A stretch of DNA of 64,000 nucleotides from Cladosporium halotolerans (lineage: Eukaryota): assembly GCF_011745625.1 (NCBI RefSeq), contig NW_027191454.1, positions 868,001-932,000 on the forward strand, read 5' to 3'. Made by a program: the position numbers and the translations under genes. The notes beneath the pieces are model-generated. The model had not been told where the DNA came from and made no database searches. It saw only the letters and a list, made by a program, of their open reading frames with translations. Of the stretch, positions 10,025 through 22,375 are shown in pieces; positions within the stretch are counted from its first letter, which is position 1; every line of letters begins with the position of its first letter.

Positions 10025-11002
10025 ATGGCTACAACCTTTCAAGCGAAGAAGCAAAAAATCCTAGAGCAGCTGGAGATCCCAAATGAAGATTACACAGATT
10101 TGTCGCCCAAAGGGTCTGTCGACGAGGGTGTGCGAGAGCTTGTAGACGAGATCAACAAACAGGCTGGATTTGTCACGACGAGTAGTTGTGCAGGCCGAGT
10201 GGCCGTGTATCTGGAAGGGATCTCAAAACGAGCGCGCCAGGACGACACCCGAGAAGACGAGCCCTCCGGAATAGCTTCTGGGGGCAAAGGCGGTGGCCAA
10301 TGGCTCTATGTTTCTCATGACCCTCCGAACATGTCAGACGTAACAGGAGATGGCGCCGTCTGCTCGCTGCTCGGCCTTCCGCACGCTCAAACACCTTCGA
10401 GTCCTGCCAGTGCCGAGAACACACGGTTTGTTCGTCTCAAATTTGAGCCTCTGGTAAGGCGAAATTCTGCTATCCTCGCAACCCATTCCACACAGGGTAC
10501 TGAGTTGCTCTTCTCTCTTCAGATCCTTCACATTCTCACCGCATCCCTCTCCCATGCCCAACAAGCGCTCTCGGCAGCACTCACATCAGGTTTCCGCGAA
10601 AGCGGCATAAGCTCAATCACCTCTGACGGAAATGTCATGGTAGCAGTGCGAACAGCCGGCTTGGCTTTTGACTCTGTTGTGGCTTATTTAGACCATTCCG
10701 GCCACGTTGTGCCCATGGTAGATGAAGGCTATCTGCGAACATTGCTTCAAGTCTCTCTAGACCGCTTTCAAGTCAACACCGAGAGGAAGGAGCGCTTCCG
10801 AGAAGCTTTACTGCATGCCATCCAAGGTACTGGCAAAGCCGGTCGCGAGAACAAGGAAGGCTGGGAGCCGGCTGACGAGAGGCATGAGAGGAAGCGAGCA
10901 GAGGGGTTGAGAAAGAAGGCAGAGATGCAGCAGCAAAAGTCCGCTGCGCAAAATGAGGACAAATCACACGATGTGCTATCGCCAGAGCAGCCCGAGCTTT
11001 GA
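10025..11002 (+). CDS. TYW3: tRNA wybutosine-synthesizing protein 3 (methyltransferase); intron 10454-10522
   Basis: DLSPKGSVD, FVTTSSCAGRV, GGKGGGQWLYVSHD, KFEPL|ILHI, GFRESG and MVAVRT motifs; 69-nt GTAAGG...CAG intron. Confidence 0.93.
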   Translation: MATTFQAKKQKILEQLEIPNEDYTDLSPKGSVDEGVRELVDEINKQAGFVTTSSCAGRVAVYLEGISKRARQDDTREDEPSGIASGGKGGGQWLYVSHDPPNMSDVTGDGAVCSLLGLPHAQTPSSPASAENTRFVRLKFEPLVRRNSAILATHSTQGTELLFSLQILHILTASLSHAQQALSAALTSGFRESGISSITSDGNVMVAVRTAGLAFDSVVAYLDHSGHVVPMVDEGYLRTLLQVSLDRFQVNTERKERFREALLHAIQGTGKAGRENKEGWEPADERHERKRAEGLRKKAEMQQQKSAAQNEDKSHDVLSPEQPEL

Positions 11003-11152
11003 AAAGATACAGGACAGCTGAAAGCTAAAGCGAAGTACTTGATGCTACATGCTTATGCTATGCTATCGATGCAATTGGCCACGGACAGATTCACAAGGAA
11101 AGCGACACGCGGGAGCTCATGCTTTGCAGTACGGACGAAACTCGTTAGAAAA

Positions 11153-13051
11153 TCATGCCTTCTTGCTTCGAGTGCGTCTCGAAGGGCCGCTTTCGGGGGC
11201 GATCTGCGCATCTTTGGAGACAAGGACGACATCTTCGGAGCTCGAACTAGACCGAGAAACTGTTCCGTGTTTCTGATCGGCCTTGTCGCCATTCGATACT
11301 TCAGAAGCCTTCGTATCTTTCGGCTTCTTGCTGGAAGGACCGATCCGACGGATGGAAAATGCCACAATGCTGTCAGGATCTTTTGCGGCCTTGGCGTCCA
11401 GAATGTCGGCATCATGTTTTCCTGCCTTGTCCTCATTCTCAGATTTCGAAGGTTTCTTCTTGCTATCGCTCTCGCTCGATTCTGAGAGGCCGATAATTTC
11501 ATACTTCAGATAGTCCCACCAACTCTCATGCGATTTTTTCTTTTCTGACCTGCCATCTTTCTTTTCGTCGGTGGTCTTGCTCTTCTTTCCATCTTCATCA
11601 TCTTCCGCAGCCTCGCCGCTGACGTCCTCCGTATAGCTCCACATCTGCTTCACCTCACCTCTCACAAAAGCAGTGCTCCAAATACTGGTGAGGACGCCAG
11701 GGACTAGGTATAGCAGTGCAGGTTGAGCATGTTGCCAAACACTCATTACCACGAGAGTCGCAATCATACCGATGACATAGCCTACCAGCGAGGCGACAAA
11801 GTACGGCTTCGGGAAAGCGGCGCTGTCTACCGAAGCTGGTAAGAAGGATCGCTTCAGGCCGATCGTCCACAGGCGTGAGCCCCAGTGGCCGGTCACGTTA
11901 TTGTACTCGGCTTTGGTCACAACCTCCTCAGATTCCCCGTCGTCTCCCACTTTGGTGATTGTCTTCTGCTTCTTAAGATAGTACATGTGCAGATCGAAGC
12001 GCAGGGCGAGTCCGATCATCAGGCCTGGCAGCACAATGTCGCCGAGTCCAAGCATGCTGTAGCCCTTGGTTGGAGGTTGTCCTTCTGGTCCAGGTTGATC
12101 TGGTCTGGGAAATAGCAATTTGATGGGTTGATCAAGGTTTTTGGCAACTGTGACCATCAGAGGTGTGAAAAACACGGCCCAGATGTCATAGAAGAAGAGA
12201 CCAGATAGGATGAGCGACCCTGTTGCGAAAGTCGTCGGGCTCATGACCTGGAGAGCTGTGTATGATACTGCAAACCCCTGCAGATTTGTGAGCCACCAAG
12301 GCTTGGCGATAAAGTGATTGTAACCGATGGCTCCCAGACTGACGAAAGCCGCCACGACGTTGAGCACAGTGACTGGGCCGTTCGCCTCGAGCGCACCCTT
12401 GATGTACATAACAACGGCATACTTTTGCTTAGGGATCGATCGCAGATACCACAGACCGTCGACGACAGCTCGTGGCAATGGAATGAGACCTAGTACTCCC
12501 GGCAGGGGTGATGTCCGTGCATCTTGGTCTGCTCCGTTTGTGATCGCCTTGCGCTTTGTACCATCCACCTTCCAAAGCTTGCCCTTGTTGGTGAAGTACG
12601 TCGGAAAGACAACGCTCAGAACAAATTCCGCAGCATCGTTCAGTATCTTCCCAACGCTGAAAATGCCAACGCCAGAAAAGTACCAGCCAAGAATGAGATT
12701 GATTGGGTCTGCACCATACTTTTTAATCAGCCAGTACAGCCCTCCGAGCACCGCACCCGCCGTTACTGGGAGCATGATGGCATCTTTGGCGCTCAGGCCC
12801 TCCATGTTCTTCTCTGCTTCATCCTCTTCATCCTCGCCGTTGTCATCTTCCCCTTGTGCCTTCTTTGCTTCCCTGCTAGGCTTTGCTGCGGAGGATGGGC
12901 GAGAGAGCGACGCGAAAGAGCCGGTGACGATCGGGAAAAGCGCAGAGAGGATGAGGTGTATGTAGAGGGGAATCATCGGTTTTGTCTGTTCGAAATAGAA
13001 AGCCGCCGAGGCTGCGAGGCCGTCGAACGTCGGTTCCCCAGAGGTGTCCAT
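11153..13051 (-). CDS. Signal peptide peptidase (A22B intramembrane aspartyl protease)
   Basis: LFFYDIWAVF (YD), MLGLGDIVLPG (GxGD) and QPALLYLVP (PAL) motifs; multiple TM segments; single exon of 632 aa. Confidence 0.95.
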   Translation of the reverse strand: MDTSGEPTFDGLAASAAFYFEQTKPMIPLYIHLILSALFPIVTGSFASLSRPSSAAKPSREAKKAQGEDDNGEDEEDEAEKNMEGLSAKDAIMLPVTAGAVLGGLYWLIKKYGADPINLILGWYFSGVGIFSVGKILNDAAEFVLSVVFPTYFTNKGKLWKVDGTKRKAITNGADQDARTSPLPGVLGLIPLPRAVVDGLWYLRSIPKQKYAVVMYIKGALEANGPVTVLNVVAAFVSLGAIGYNHFIAKPWWLTNLQGFAVSYTALQVMSPTTFATGSLILSGLFFYDIWAVFFTPLMVTVAKNLDQPIKLLFPRPDQPGPEGQPPTKGYSMLGLGDIVLPGLMIGLALRFDLHMYYLKKQKTITKVGDDGESEEVVTKAEYNNVTGHWGSRLWTIGLKRSFLPASVDSAAFPKPYFVASLVGYVIGMIATLVVMSVWQHAQPALLYLVPGVLTSIWSTAFVRGEVKQMWSYTEDVSGEAAEDDEDGKKSKTTDEKKDGRSEKKKSHESWWDYLKYEIIGLSESSESDSKKKPSKSENEDKAGKHDADILDAKAAKDPDSIVAFSIRRIGPSSKKPKDTKASEVSNGDKADQKHGTVSRSSSSSEDVVLVSKDAQIAPESGPSRRTRSKKA

Positions 13052-13539
13052 CGTTGCTGTTGCTGGTGGATGCAGACGTTGAACGTCGCAAGGAGATACC
13101 GAAGAGTGGGACTAGTGTAGCAACATCGGGAGTCGCAGCTAGGCTTTGTCACACCTACTTCCTGTGAATGTGAAAGTGTTGGAAAGATCGGTGGTGAAGA
13201 TCAACAAACGAGGCAGCTTTCACTGATGGCATTCCTCACTTTCGTCAGGGCCCAGCTGGCTTTACCCCAGAGACCCGCAAACGGCCCGAACCTTCCAGGT
13301 GAAGCTTGCCGCTTGAAGCCTGAGGCTCCAGGAGCGGTAATGTACAATTATGAGGAAGGTGAGATCGTTTAGGCATTCGTTATCCGAGCTACTCGGCACC
13401 CATGATCAAAAGAATATCATCGAATGTAGCGCTCTTTTGGATCTATCCATTTATCCATCTATGCTCAGATTCACAATCGACAACGAACAATGCTCTCAGA
13501 ACGGCAAGACGCATGACCTGCAACACGTATTCCTGACGC

Positions 13540-14277
13540 TTAGTCTCTCTTACTCTTCCCGCCCGCCATCAAACTCAAGAAGATACCCCAGCCAATACCA
13601 ACAATGCCACCGAAGACCATACGCTGCTCCACAGGGATCAATGTCAGACTAATAATGCTCACCAATGGCCACAGCTTCTGCCCAGCGACAAGTAGAGGCC
13701 AGAATCCAGTCTTCGTCTCCTCCCACCCGTACTGCCAGCTCTTGCCTCTCAGCATAGCAATACCCATGATGAACGACATCGTATTGAACGCTGCACCAAC
13801 AGTCTGATCAAGCAGGAACTTCACAGCCGTGTTGCGAAGATTGAGCTCCTCCTTCGCTTTCTCGGGTTTGGGCGCCGACTCAGATGTGACGGCAGCTTGC
13901 TTTACATTACGGTTGCGGAGACCTGACTTCTCCGTGGAAGTACTCTGGCCAGCGACCGTCTCGTCGACGAGCTTTTCTTTCTCGCTGGTGGCCAGGCTCT
14001 GCGTGTATCCAGGGAAAGTAGCTTCGAGCCACGTCTGCCAAAGGTAATTCGGGGGACACGAGATGACAGAGAATGCTGCGAACGTCATAAGCTCGCGGAT
14101 GTCGATGCCGTATGGTGACTATTTCGAGGGTCAGTCTTCGAAGGAATGTCGCCTTCCCGCATTAGATTAGAGAGAACTCACCCTGGCTTGATGACACGCT
14201 ATAAGCTGGCCCAGAACATTGCTGAGCGCGCTCAGCAAGGTAGCCTGGATTGTGACCTTGACGATGGGCGACTCCAT
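13540..14277 (-). CDS. Mpv17/PMP22 family membrane protein; exons 14277-14182, 14118-13540
   Basis: SALSNVLAQ in exon 1; PPNYLWQTWLE, KFLLDQTVGA, KLWPLVSII, IPVEQRMVFG motifs; GTGAGT...TAG intron. Confidence 0.88.
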
Positions 14278-14785
14278 CGTGAGGTGAGCACTGCGGCGGC
14301 GACAAAGATGATTTTGAGATGGCTTCTCCCCAAAGCCAAGGTGGTATTCTGGCGGTTCGGTATGTAGTTGGTGTATAAGAGCATGGGTGCGAGTCTGCTA
14401 GAAACTCGCTTGTAGATGCCCAGCAGCGTATGCGTGGTTGCGTAGTATTCGTGGTCGCTAAGCGTAATCATGACAAGATTCCGCGTACTTTTCATCATGA
14501 CCCAACGACTTCCAGGCACTGCCAGGGTCGAAACGCAGATGCGCTGTCGCGTGGACATCTTCGCGATTTTCGGAACACAACAATTGAACTCATATGACGG
14601 AACATCTACGCGACATATGGTTGTCGGGTTACAACAGAGTTTCTGGCTCGTGAGTAGGGATTCATAGCATTGGTTCGCTTTTACGGGTCCCTTACCGACA
14701 CCTCTCTTCGCCGTTCCGGGCGGGACGAACCCCCAAATTCGCGGTCCTAGGCTTGCCACCCTCAGGAAAGCAATAACAGTGAAAA

Positions 14786-15475
14786 ATGTCAGACGACCAA
14801 GACAAGCCCCGCAACCGCCGCGAACGTCGCGCCGCAGCCAAAGACTCCGGCAAAACCATTGAGTCTCCCACCTCGACCCCTAAGATCAAACTCGCACAAC
14901 CCGACCGCTCCGGACCCAAAAGCAAAACCCTCCTCGACCTCTACGATGAGAAGAAATCCCTCCTTGAGCACGGCCAACCTTTCGCCCAACAGCACACCGA
15001 TGGCCAGGTCCGTGATGAAAGCGGCAACATCCTCGAAGCCGGACTTGGCGACGGCGAGCCCATTGGCCCTGTGGGCGACGCGATCTTCTGGGCCGTCTGC
15101 CTGGCTATGTTCCACTTTACGCTGGATGTGTTGACGTTCCAGCAGTATCGGCAGGAGATCGAGTGGGGGCCGATTTTCCGGCGGACGGGGCTGGTGCTGC
15201 CGATTCTGTGGCTGCTGATTTATGTCATGCGGTCGCCCACAGCTCGGAAGGTGGAGTTGCTACGGCAGGTCTTCTTTTTGGCGGTAGGTGTTGGTGCTGG
15301 ATGCTACACGATTCATGTGGGCAATGTGTACGATTACTATGCGGTGATGAAGCAGGCGCCGCCGCTGGGAACGCTGTGGGTGTGGAGCGTGATCGAGATG
15401 AGGTTGCCGTATGCGCTGGTAGGCGTTGCAGCTAATCTTGGGTATATGTTCTACAAGGGCTATGGGGTGTTTTGA
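14786..15475 (+). CDS. Conserved fungal membrane protein of unknown function (about 4 TM segments)
   Basis: 229-aa ORF with AAAATG start, biased codon usage, and motifs HFTLDVLTFQQYRQEI and YYAVMKQAPPLGTLWVWSVIEM of a conserved hypothetical family. Confidence 0.8.
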   Translation: MSDDQDKPRNRRERRAAAKDSGKTIESPTSTPKIKLAQPDRSGPKSKTLLDLYDEKKSLLEHGQPFAQQHTDGQVRDESGNILEAGLGDGEPIGPVGDAIFWAVCLAMFHFTLDVLTFQQYRQEIEWGPIFRRTGLVLPILWLLIYVMRSPTARKVELLRQVFFLAVGVGAGCYTIHVGNVYDYYAVMKQAPPLGTLWVWSVIEMRLPYALVGVAANLGYMFYKGYGVF

Positions 15476-16367
15476 TGGGTGATTGTGAGCTGTGTTGATA
15501 GATCATAGATATAACAGAGTCGTTAAGTTTACTGCGCGAGCAGAAACAGATGGGAACCTGCTGTACAAGAGACCACGGCACGGAACGTGATTTGATTTCA
15601 GCGAAGGGACGGTGCACTTCGTTTGCTTTTCGTCTTCGCGAAAGTGTTATTGGTCGCGATACGCTGTGATGTTGCGCATTTTCGATAAAACACCATGTTG
15701 ACACCTCGTCTCCTCGTGTACATTCTTTGGTTGGTAGTTTAAACATTCCTCGTTCGTTAAGCCCTTATCGAATGTATTGAGTGAGCGCGTCGGTTCCGCA
15801 GATTACGGTGTGAGAGCGAAGTATTTTGACGAGTCGAAAGGGGGATGAGAGTCATCTGTGTGATGGGATCGATTTGGGGAAGAAGAAAAGAGGAGGTGGT
15901 CGTTCTGAGCAGAGATGCCATGACACTATCGAAAACGGAAAGAGAAGCCAGTTTTGCACGTCGTGTAGCTTCTAGTGTAGGCGCAGAGGAGCGATTCTCG
16001 ACCCAACTTTATCAAAACCTTGAGATGCATTATTTCGTTACAAAACAGTTTAGAAAAGCGAGCCTCGTCCTCATCCCAGGCAGCAGGGCATAAAGGCGGC
16101 ATGCGATCCAAGGGCCCATCTCCCACGTCGATATCATGGCTTCTAGTGGCCCTCAAGCGATGCCGCTATAATTCCCTGCCCCGGAATGACTCTGGCCTGC
16201 GAAAAGCACGGGATTCGTCTAATCCCGCGAGGTGTCCGTCGCTGGTGCGCGATGCTGTTCAAGTACTTCCTCCATGCCGCCCCGCTCGGCGGCGGCGCTC
16301 CTTCCGCTGATATCCATCCATCATCGGTGGTTGAGTGGTGGTTCGAGATTTAAGTTGGTCCTCGGTC

Positions 16368-16907
16368 TCAGTGAGTCGGTGGCTGGTAGTTCATCGGACG
16401 CCTGCAGCAAAGGAAGAAAGAAAGTGTCAGTCACGTGGCCATTTGCGCGCGCCTCGTAGGCCGCGGTGTCGTCTACTCACTTGAACAGCAGGATGTGCGG
16501 CTCCGGCTCGTGTACCTCGTAGTGCTCCCACCCCAAGCTCTGCGTGATGCCCAGGCCTCTCCACTCGTCTTCCCACAACAGCTTGAGCGTGCCTCGGGCG
16601 CCGTCGAAGTAGTCCTTGGGAATCGCCTTGAGCATCTGCTTGGGGAGCTGCACGTGGCGGTATTCGTTGTGGTCGTCATTGTACCTGTTTGCGTCGGGCG
16701 TTAGCGGGGTTCGACGCGAGTCTGTACAAGCCCTGTCGCCTGGCGATGGCGGTGAAGGGAATGTGCGTAATGTATCTTTCCGTCCCGTCCGTACCTTGAT
16801 GAGTAGTGGATTGAGTCGACGAACTCGTCCAGCTTGTCCCGCTCGGAATCGGTGAGAAGGCGCGGCTTCTTGTTGCGGCGCGTGTAGTCGATGTCCATGG
16901 TTGCCAT
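16368..16907 (-). CDS. CKS1: Cyclin-dependent kinase regulatory subunit Cks1; exons 16907-16795, 16684-16481, 16401-16368
   Basis: [21 protein letters not shown]...[34 protein letters not shown], the hallmark Cks/Suc1 sequence. Confidence 0.97.
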
Positions 16908-18957
16908 TGGTGAGGCTGTGTGTGAGAGAAACGAGGTGTTGTTTGTGCGGTGCTGGCGGGCTGCAGATCCCCGCTTCTTGGCTGGTTGGATGGCAGAGGG
17001 CGGGTGGTGTTTGTTGTTGTTGGGCGACGGTCGATGATCCGCGAAAGAGAAAGAGGGTTCGGGACGAGTCGAGCTCGGTCTGCTTGCCGGGGCTCGCTGG
17101 TGTCGAAAGTGGCGCGCGCGTGCGGCGGTGGAGGTGGGATCCGCTCTTGCGCTTGAAGCCGCCGCCGACTCGGTCTAGGAGGGGTAGACGAGGGAGATGC
17201 GCGCTAGAAGGCTGGGATGACGGGCGTGTGGGATTCTCTTCTCGCGCGTGCGTGTATTTACGGGTGCTTGGTTTGTTCGGAGAGATTCTCGCGTGGTGTG
17301 ACCCGTCGCAGGTGGTGTGATGGAGTGGTTGTTCGAAGGCTCGAGAGGGGCACCTGCGCGCGACACAACGCCAGATCGAAGTTTCGAACGCTCCCATAAA
17401 CAACAAATCCGCGCGAAAGCACGTGCCAGCGGCCTCCCGCGTGCCCGCTCCCACGCCCGCTGGTCATCCACCGCCTGACGTGGGCATCACTCCTACCTTA
17501 TGTCTATTCAATTCGCGCTGACAGGCAAACTCCAAGTGTGATCCAAACAGTGCCCATTTCTGGAGAGAATCAACGCCAATTGATTCGTAACTTGCAAATC
17601 ACACCTCCCCTCCCAAACCAGCACCACGCATACAGTATATGCAGCAACCGCCAGGCCGAACGCGAAAAAAATCCTGTACAAATTCTCTTCCCTGTCGCCG
17701 TGGGCACGCGCAGTAGTAGCAGCCATCCGACCGCAGGCTCCACCCGCCAGCCCTAGAAGAGCAGTAGCGTCGCCTGCCTGCATGTGTAGCACAAGCAAAA
17801 GTGCTGTTTCGCGCGGTGACGGCACCGTCTGTGCGCGCGCGGGAGAAACGGCTTGACAGCGGGCTTCTTCGCGGCGGGTCCTGAGGATCGAAGATGTGCT
17901 TGCTGCTGCGTTGGACTTGTCGGTGCGGTGAGGGTGGAGTTCTAGAGGATGACGTCTTGCCACGGTGGTTATATGTGGGTTGCGTCCTGTTCGTGCAAGT
18001 CTGCCACGAGGCAGTGGTCTCGGCTATTGGCGCGAGGGTCGTTGGACTCTCTCGGGTGTGTGCCGGATCGACGGCGGATTTTGTGATGCTGCAGGAGACG
18101 TGAAGCAGGATGACGGAAGGGGTCGGCGCTCTGCATGCATGATGTGTGACCGCAGACTCCCCGTCAATCACGGAGGAGAGATACTAGGGTATGACTTGTA
18201 TGTCTATTGCGTGAGGCATGTGCTTTGATTGAAGGCGTGCACATGAGTCGCGGCAGATAGAGCACTGATCGGCTGGAGTTCGTAGATCGACGTTGGATGT
18301 TGCATTCGCAGCACACTCGGTCAAGGCAACTGCAAAGAACGTCATGAGAGGCATCAGACGGGGAGGCAAAGTTTGATGAAAGCTTTTTTTCGTGTTCTTC
18401 TCTATAGACAAGCAACATACACACATGCACAATTGAAGCCCATGGTGCGTTTTGAGCCGTGGCCCACTCCAACGAGTGATAATAAAGCCATGCCTCCAAA
18501 AGAGAAAGAGAAACAGATTAATGAAATTTGCATTCCCAAGAATCCCCTGATCGGTGTATCGAGCCTTTACAGCGAACGCGCCATCTCTGGTCAAAGAAAT
18601 GGTGGTTCGCACTTGGTTCGCTTCGAGAAGCCCAGTCTTCCTTCCTCACTATCGCGCACGCGCGACTGTACAGAAAGGCAGACGAAGTCGAGGCTCCGGT
18701 AGTAAGAAATGTCGTTTCATTCGTGAAATGTTGATACTGAGGATCCTGCAGATGTGGGGTCGTGTGCAATCTTGTTGCGTGATTTTGTGGTCGGTAGAAG
18801 GTCAAGAAAAGAGTGAATGAATCGTAGTCGGTGATTGTACAGACTTTGTATCGCTCGGGTTGTCGCCGTGGATTAGGAGAGCGCTAGAGGGGCCGCAGAC
18901 GCATCTAAGTTCCGGACAGAGCGGGATGCGGCGTAAATGAATGATTGAGTGGCGCAC

Positions 18958-19755
18958 TCAGATCCAGGCGACGGCCTGGGGATATTCCTCGAAACGGTCG
19001 GCCATGAGGCTGTGAATCTCGCTCAGGTAGTCTGACGCGGCAAACGCACCAAGGTTGCGGGAACGCAGGTAGGCGCTGTCGGCGTCGTGCTCGGCGTTGC
19101 GAACAGTCTGCCCGTACTCCTCGGCAATCTCGTCCAGTTGCTGAAGCTCCTTGCCGAAGGGATTGTCACGTGGCGCCTCGACAGAAGCGCCAAGGTTGGG
19201 CTGCAACTCGGACGAAGCGCGTGCGCTGGTAGGAGGCGACTGCATGCGCTGGACGGATCGCTTGCGGCTCAGGCTCTCATGTGCCTGCTTGGAGTGTGAC
19301 GCTGCGCGCTGTGGGAGGCACGGTGCCTCGAAAGATGCGGCAGTCGAAAGGCTTGGTGAGTGAACAGGCGAGCTGTGAGTTGTGTCCACGGCAGGCTTGA
19401 AGTAGGAGCTCAGGTGGTTGTGCGAAGGGCTGATCGGGGACTCATCGACGGAAGACATGTCGGTAACGGTGTCGTTTGAGTGGATGCTGCCGGTGCTGGC
19501 GTCGCTGTCGTCGCCAGAGGTGGAGGATGTAGTCGAGGCAGAGAAATCACGGTAGCCGACAGGCGAGGTGCCGTCGATGTTGGGCGCACTGTACGAGAGC
19601 ATGTTGGTAGTCGAGACCAGGGCAACGGGCGAGGAGATCTGACCGCGAACGACAGGCCTGCCGTTGCGGTGACTGGCAGCGCGACCCATGGGAGCGCTGA
19701 TGCTGGGGGCGTCGGCCTTCTTGCCGCGCGTGGTGAAGGTGCGAATGAGCGACAT
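18958..19755 (-). CDS. Ser-rich hypothetical protein (265 aa)
   Basis: AAAATG start, coding-like codon usage, motifs QISSPVALVSTTNMLSYSAP and PFGKELQQLDEIAEEYG typical of a conserved fungal hypothetical protein. Confidence 0.8.
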   Translation of the reverse strand: MSLIRTFTTRGKKADAPSISAPMGRAASHRNGRPVVRGQISSPVALVSTTNMLSYSAPNIDGTSPVGYRDFSASTTSSTSGDDSDASTGSIHSNDTVTDMSSVDESPISPSHNHLSSYFKPAVDTTHSSPVHSPSLSTAASFEAPCLPQRAASHSKQAHESLSRKRSVQRMQSPPTSARASSELQPNLGASVEAPRDNPFGKELQQLDEIAEEYGQTVRNAEHDADSAYLRSRNLGAFAASDYLSEIHSLMADRFEEYPQAVAWI

Positions 19756-22375
19756 TTTCGGTACTGCTTGGAGGAGCTGTAGTGTCGGTGTGGTGTTTAT
19801 CTGAGGAGCGATACAGTAAAGATGTCACAAGCCGGGTCACAGGTGACTGCGGTGTCTCAGTCGTGAAGACGTAGGTCTTTGTCGCAAACAACGGGTCCGG
19901 CGCGTGATGTCTCGGATCAGACGAACCGTCACGGGGCCGAAAGTTGCAAGGAGTCGGCGTCTTAGGTTGAATAAAAGGACTGAGGGTACCGAACACGGTC
20001 CGGGTTTTGGAATGAAGCGAGCCGGTCGGGATGGGTGGGATGTCGAATCTCTCAAGGAATGTGGATGCGGGTGTCGCGAGGCAAGCAAGCGGCAAGCGCG
20101 ATGGCAGCAGGTAGTGAACGTGGTCGGGTCCGTAGGGACGAAGAGAGTGAAAGTGCGCAGGCCACAGGCGCGACAAGGAGGGAGGCGTGAAAAGAGTGAC
20201 TAGGAGTGGTGTTGCAAGCGAGTGTCAGAGAAAGAGAGGCCTGACAGAGCAGGAGGAAGCGCTGGGTGGATATTGGGAGGCCATGCGCCCGCGTCTCAAA
20301 CACGCCGGAGGTCCGCGCTACGGCGCCCCTAGTGCAGGAACCTTGCAGCCGCTATCGCACCTTGCCGCCCTCTACCACTCCAGAGCCCGCCCTGCGACGC
20401 AAGCGGAGGCACGGCAGAACGCTGATAGGGCGGTGCCTTAACCTCTCAACGCATGCTGCCGCCGGGTGTGGAGTGCTCGCGGCGCCTTTTCACCATCCAG
20501 CAGCGCCATCCCCGTTGCGAGCGCAGAACCTGTCGAGTTTGTCCTACCCAAGACGGCGACAGCCTCCAATCATCATGCTCCGCTCACAAGGACATACACA
20601 CGACGCACCCAACCAAATGCCCGTCTCACCTTGACACCTCCCTCACCCCTCGTGCCCTTCTTAAGCTCGAGCAGCGAAACGCCTGGCGTCAGAGGCAGCC
20701 GATTTGCTCCAACCGCTGCCCCATGCGCCCCACTGCCCACACGCTACGCTGGTGTCGATCCGCAGTCCAGACCTTTGTGACCGACTCAAGCCCGTCCGTG
20801 CTGCTCCGCTTCGCCGTTGCGAAAAATCGGCTGCGCAGCCTTTTCAGGCACCACGCGCTGAAAATGCGCGTGCCCGCCCATACTTTGGGGCAACGTAACG
20901 TGGCTGCCGCCAAGCTTCGACCAGAGTTTCTTCGCCCTTGAACCTTCGTGCGGGCATTTGTTTTGTTGTGATGATGAGAAACTCACGTCTTCGCCCGATC
21001 GGACAGGAGGAGAAGTTCGCGGTGCGCGGGAAGCAAACGCAGCGGGCGTGCCACGCTCGCAGCTGGTAGAGGCCATTCACCCTCTCGGCGTTCGTTTGCG
21101 CCCAAACGCCCAGCGTCGCACATAGCGGCCCGGCTTTCTACATGTCTTGTATTAACACGCTACACTACTCGTGGGCAGCCCCTGAAATATAGTGCTAACC
21201 AGAAGCATGCCTCGCTTAAATATTAGTGCCATCACAGCAAGTTCAAGGAAATATATATTATCCGGAAGGACTCACGGTGGCCCGCGCGAAGTCGCTATCG
21301 CTGACGCGACCGGCCAACTCTCCGAAGCATTGACAATAGTTCCCCAGCTGAAGTCTGCGCCGGCGGACGCCGCCGCCGTGGACCGCCATTTTGTGATCCA
21401 AGCGAACGCAACGACCACGAACAGTGCGCAAGCAGCCCAAAATCTCGGAAGAAAACGTCCGTGTCAGTCTTTGCACTCCGAGAGCGTCCATAATCACGAT
21501 GAGCCCGGCAGATGGGCAACGGCTTGCCCAGTTGGGACGTCGGCTCAAATAGCTGAGCGGCTTGGGCGAGTAGTGGCTTCGCGTGGGAGGCCAGCGGCTA
21601 ACCGTGGTGAAGTGGATGCATTTGTTCCAGCGCCACTTTGCTGTTTGAAGGCGCATCATGTATCGACTGACTTTGAGATGGATTCGGTCCTCAGGCGAAG
21701 AAGACGTGTCTACTGGACGCGTTCATTCTTTCGGTATTGCGGTGACACGCTCATTGGGACCGTTCTGGATACTTCTGGGTTCGCCGTGTGTGATGGCGGA
21801 AATGTCAAGAAACAATTGATGAGATCTTTCCAGATCTCTTTCATCCTTTGAGGCGTACGCCACATGCATCTACACCCGATAGCTTGACGATTCGGTTTGA
21901 TGTCTAATGTCGAATGCTGTTGACTCTAGGCAATGTGGTTCACGCGAATTCACTACTGCGCAGTGAGGTGTAGTTCGCAAAATGTAAAGGCGAACAAACA
22001 ATGTGAAGTGCAAATCCAAAAACACTCTCGCAGGCAGAGAACCGTGTTGAAGACTGAAGTGATACAGGACCCTACGAGCCCTGTGTTGCCTTGCACCTGT
22101 ACGCTGCGACTAGGATCCCCAGAGGTGGTGTCACCGGCCGACTAGGCCGCTTCAAGCGTAGTGCTGCGCGCCAAGCATCCTTGCTTAACTCAACCACCCG
22201 ACAATGCCGTCGCCTAATTGCCAGTGATCGTCGCGCCTAAGGCAAGCATAAGCACTGCGTTCCAGCAGCTATCACGAATCTCACATCGTCCCCACCGCCT
22301 ACTTTGCAATCCCACGCCGGGCACCCGCCAGCACGGAAGCCGCCGCTTGCCAACAAGCCATGAGCCGCAGCGCCC

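Noticed and set aside
17508..17963. ORF with a hydrophobic segment (RIFFAFGLAVAAYTVCVVLVW)
   Set aside because: No recognisable family and no convincing start or splice model; cannot be supported without expression data.
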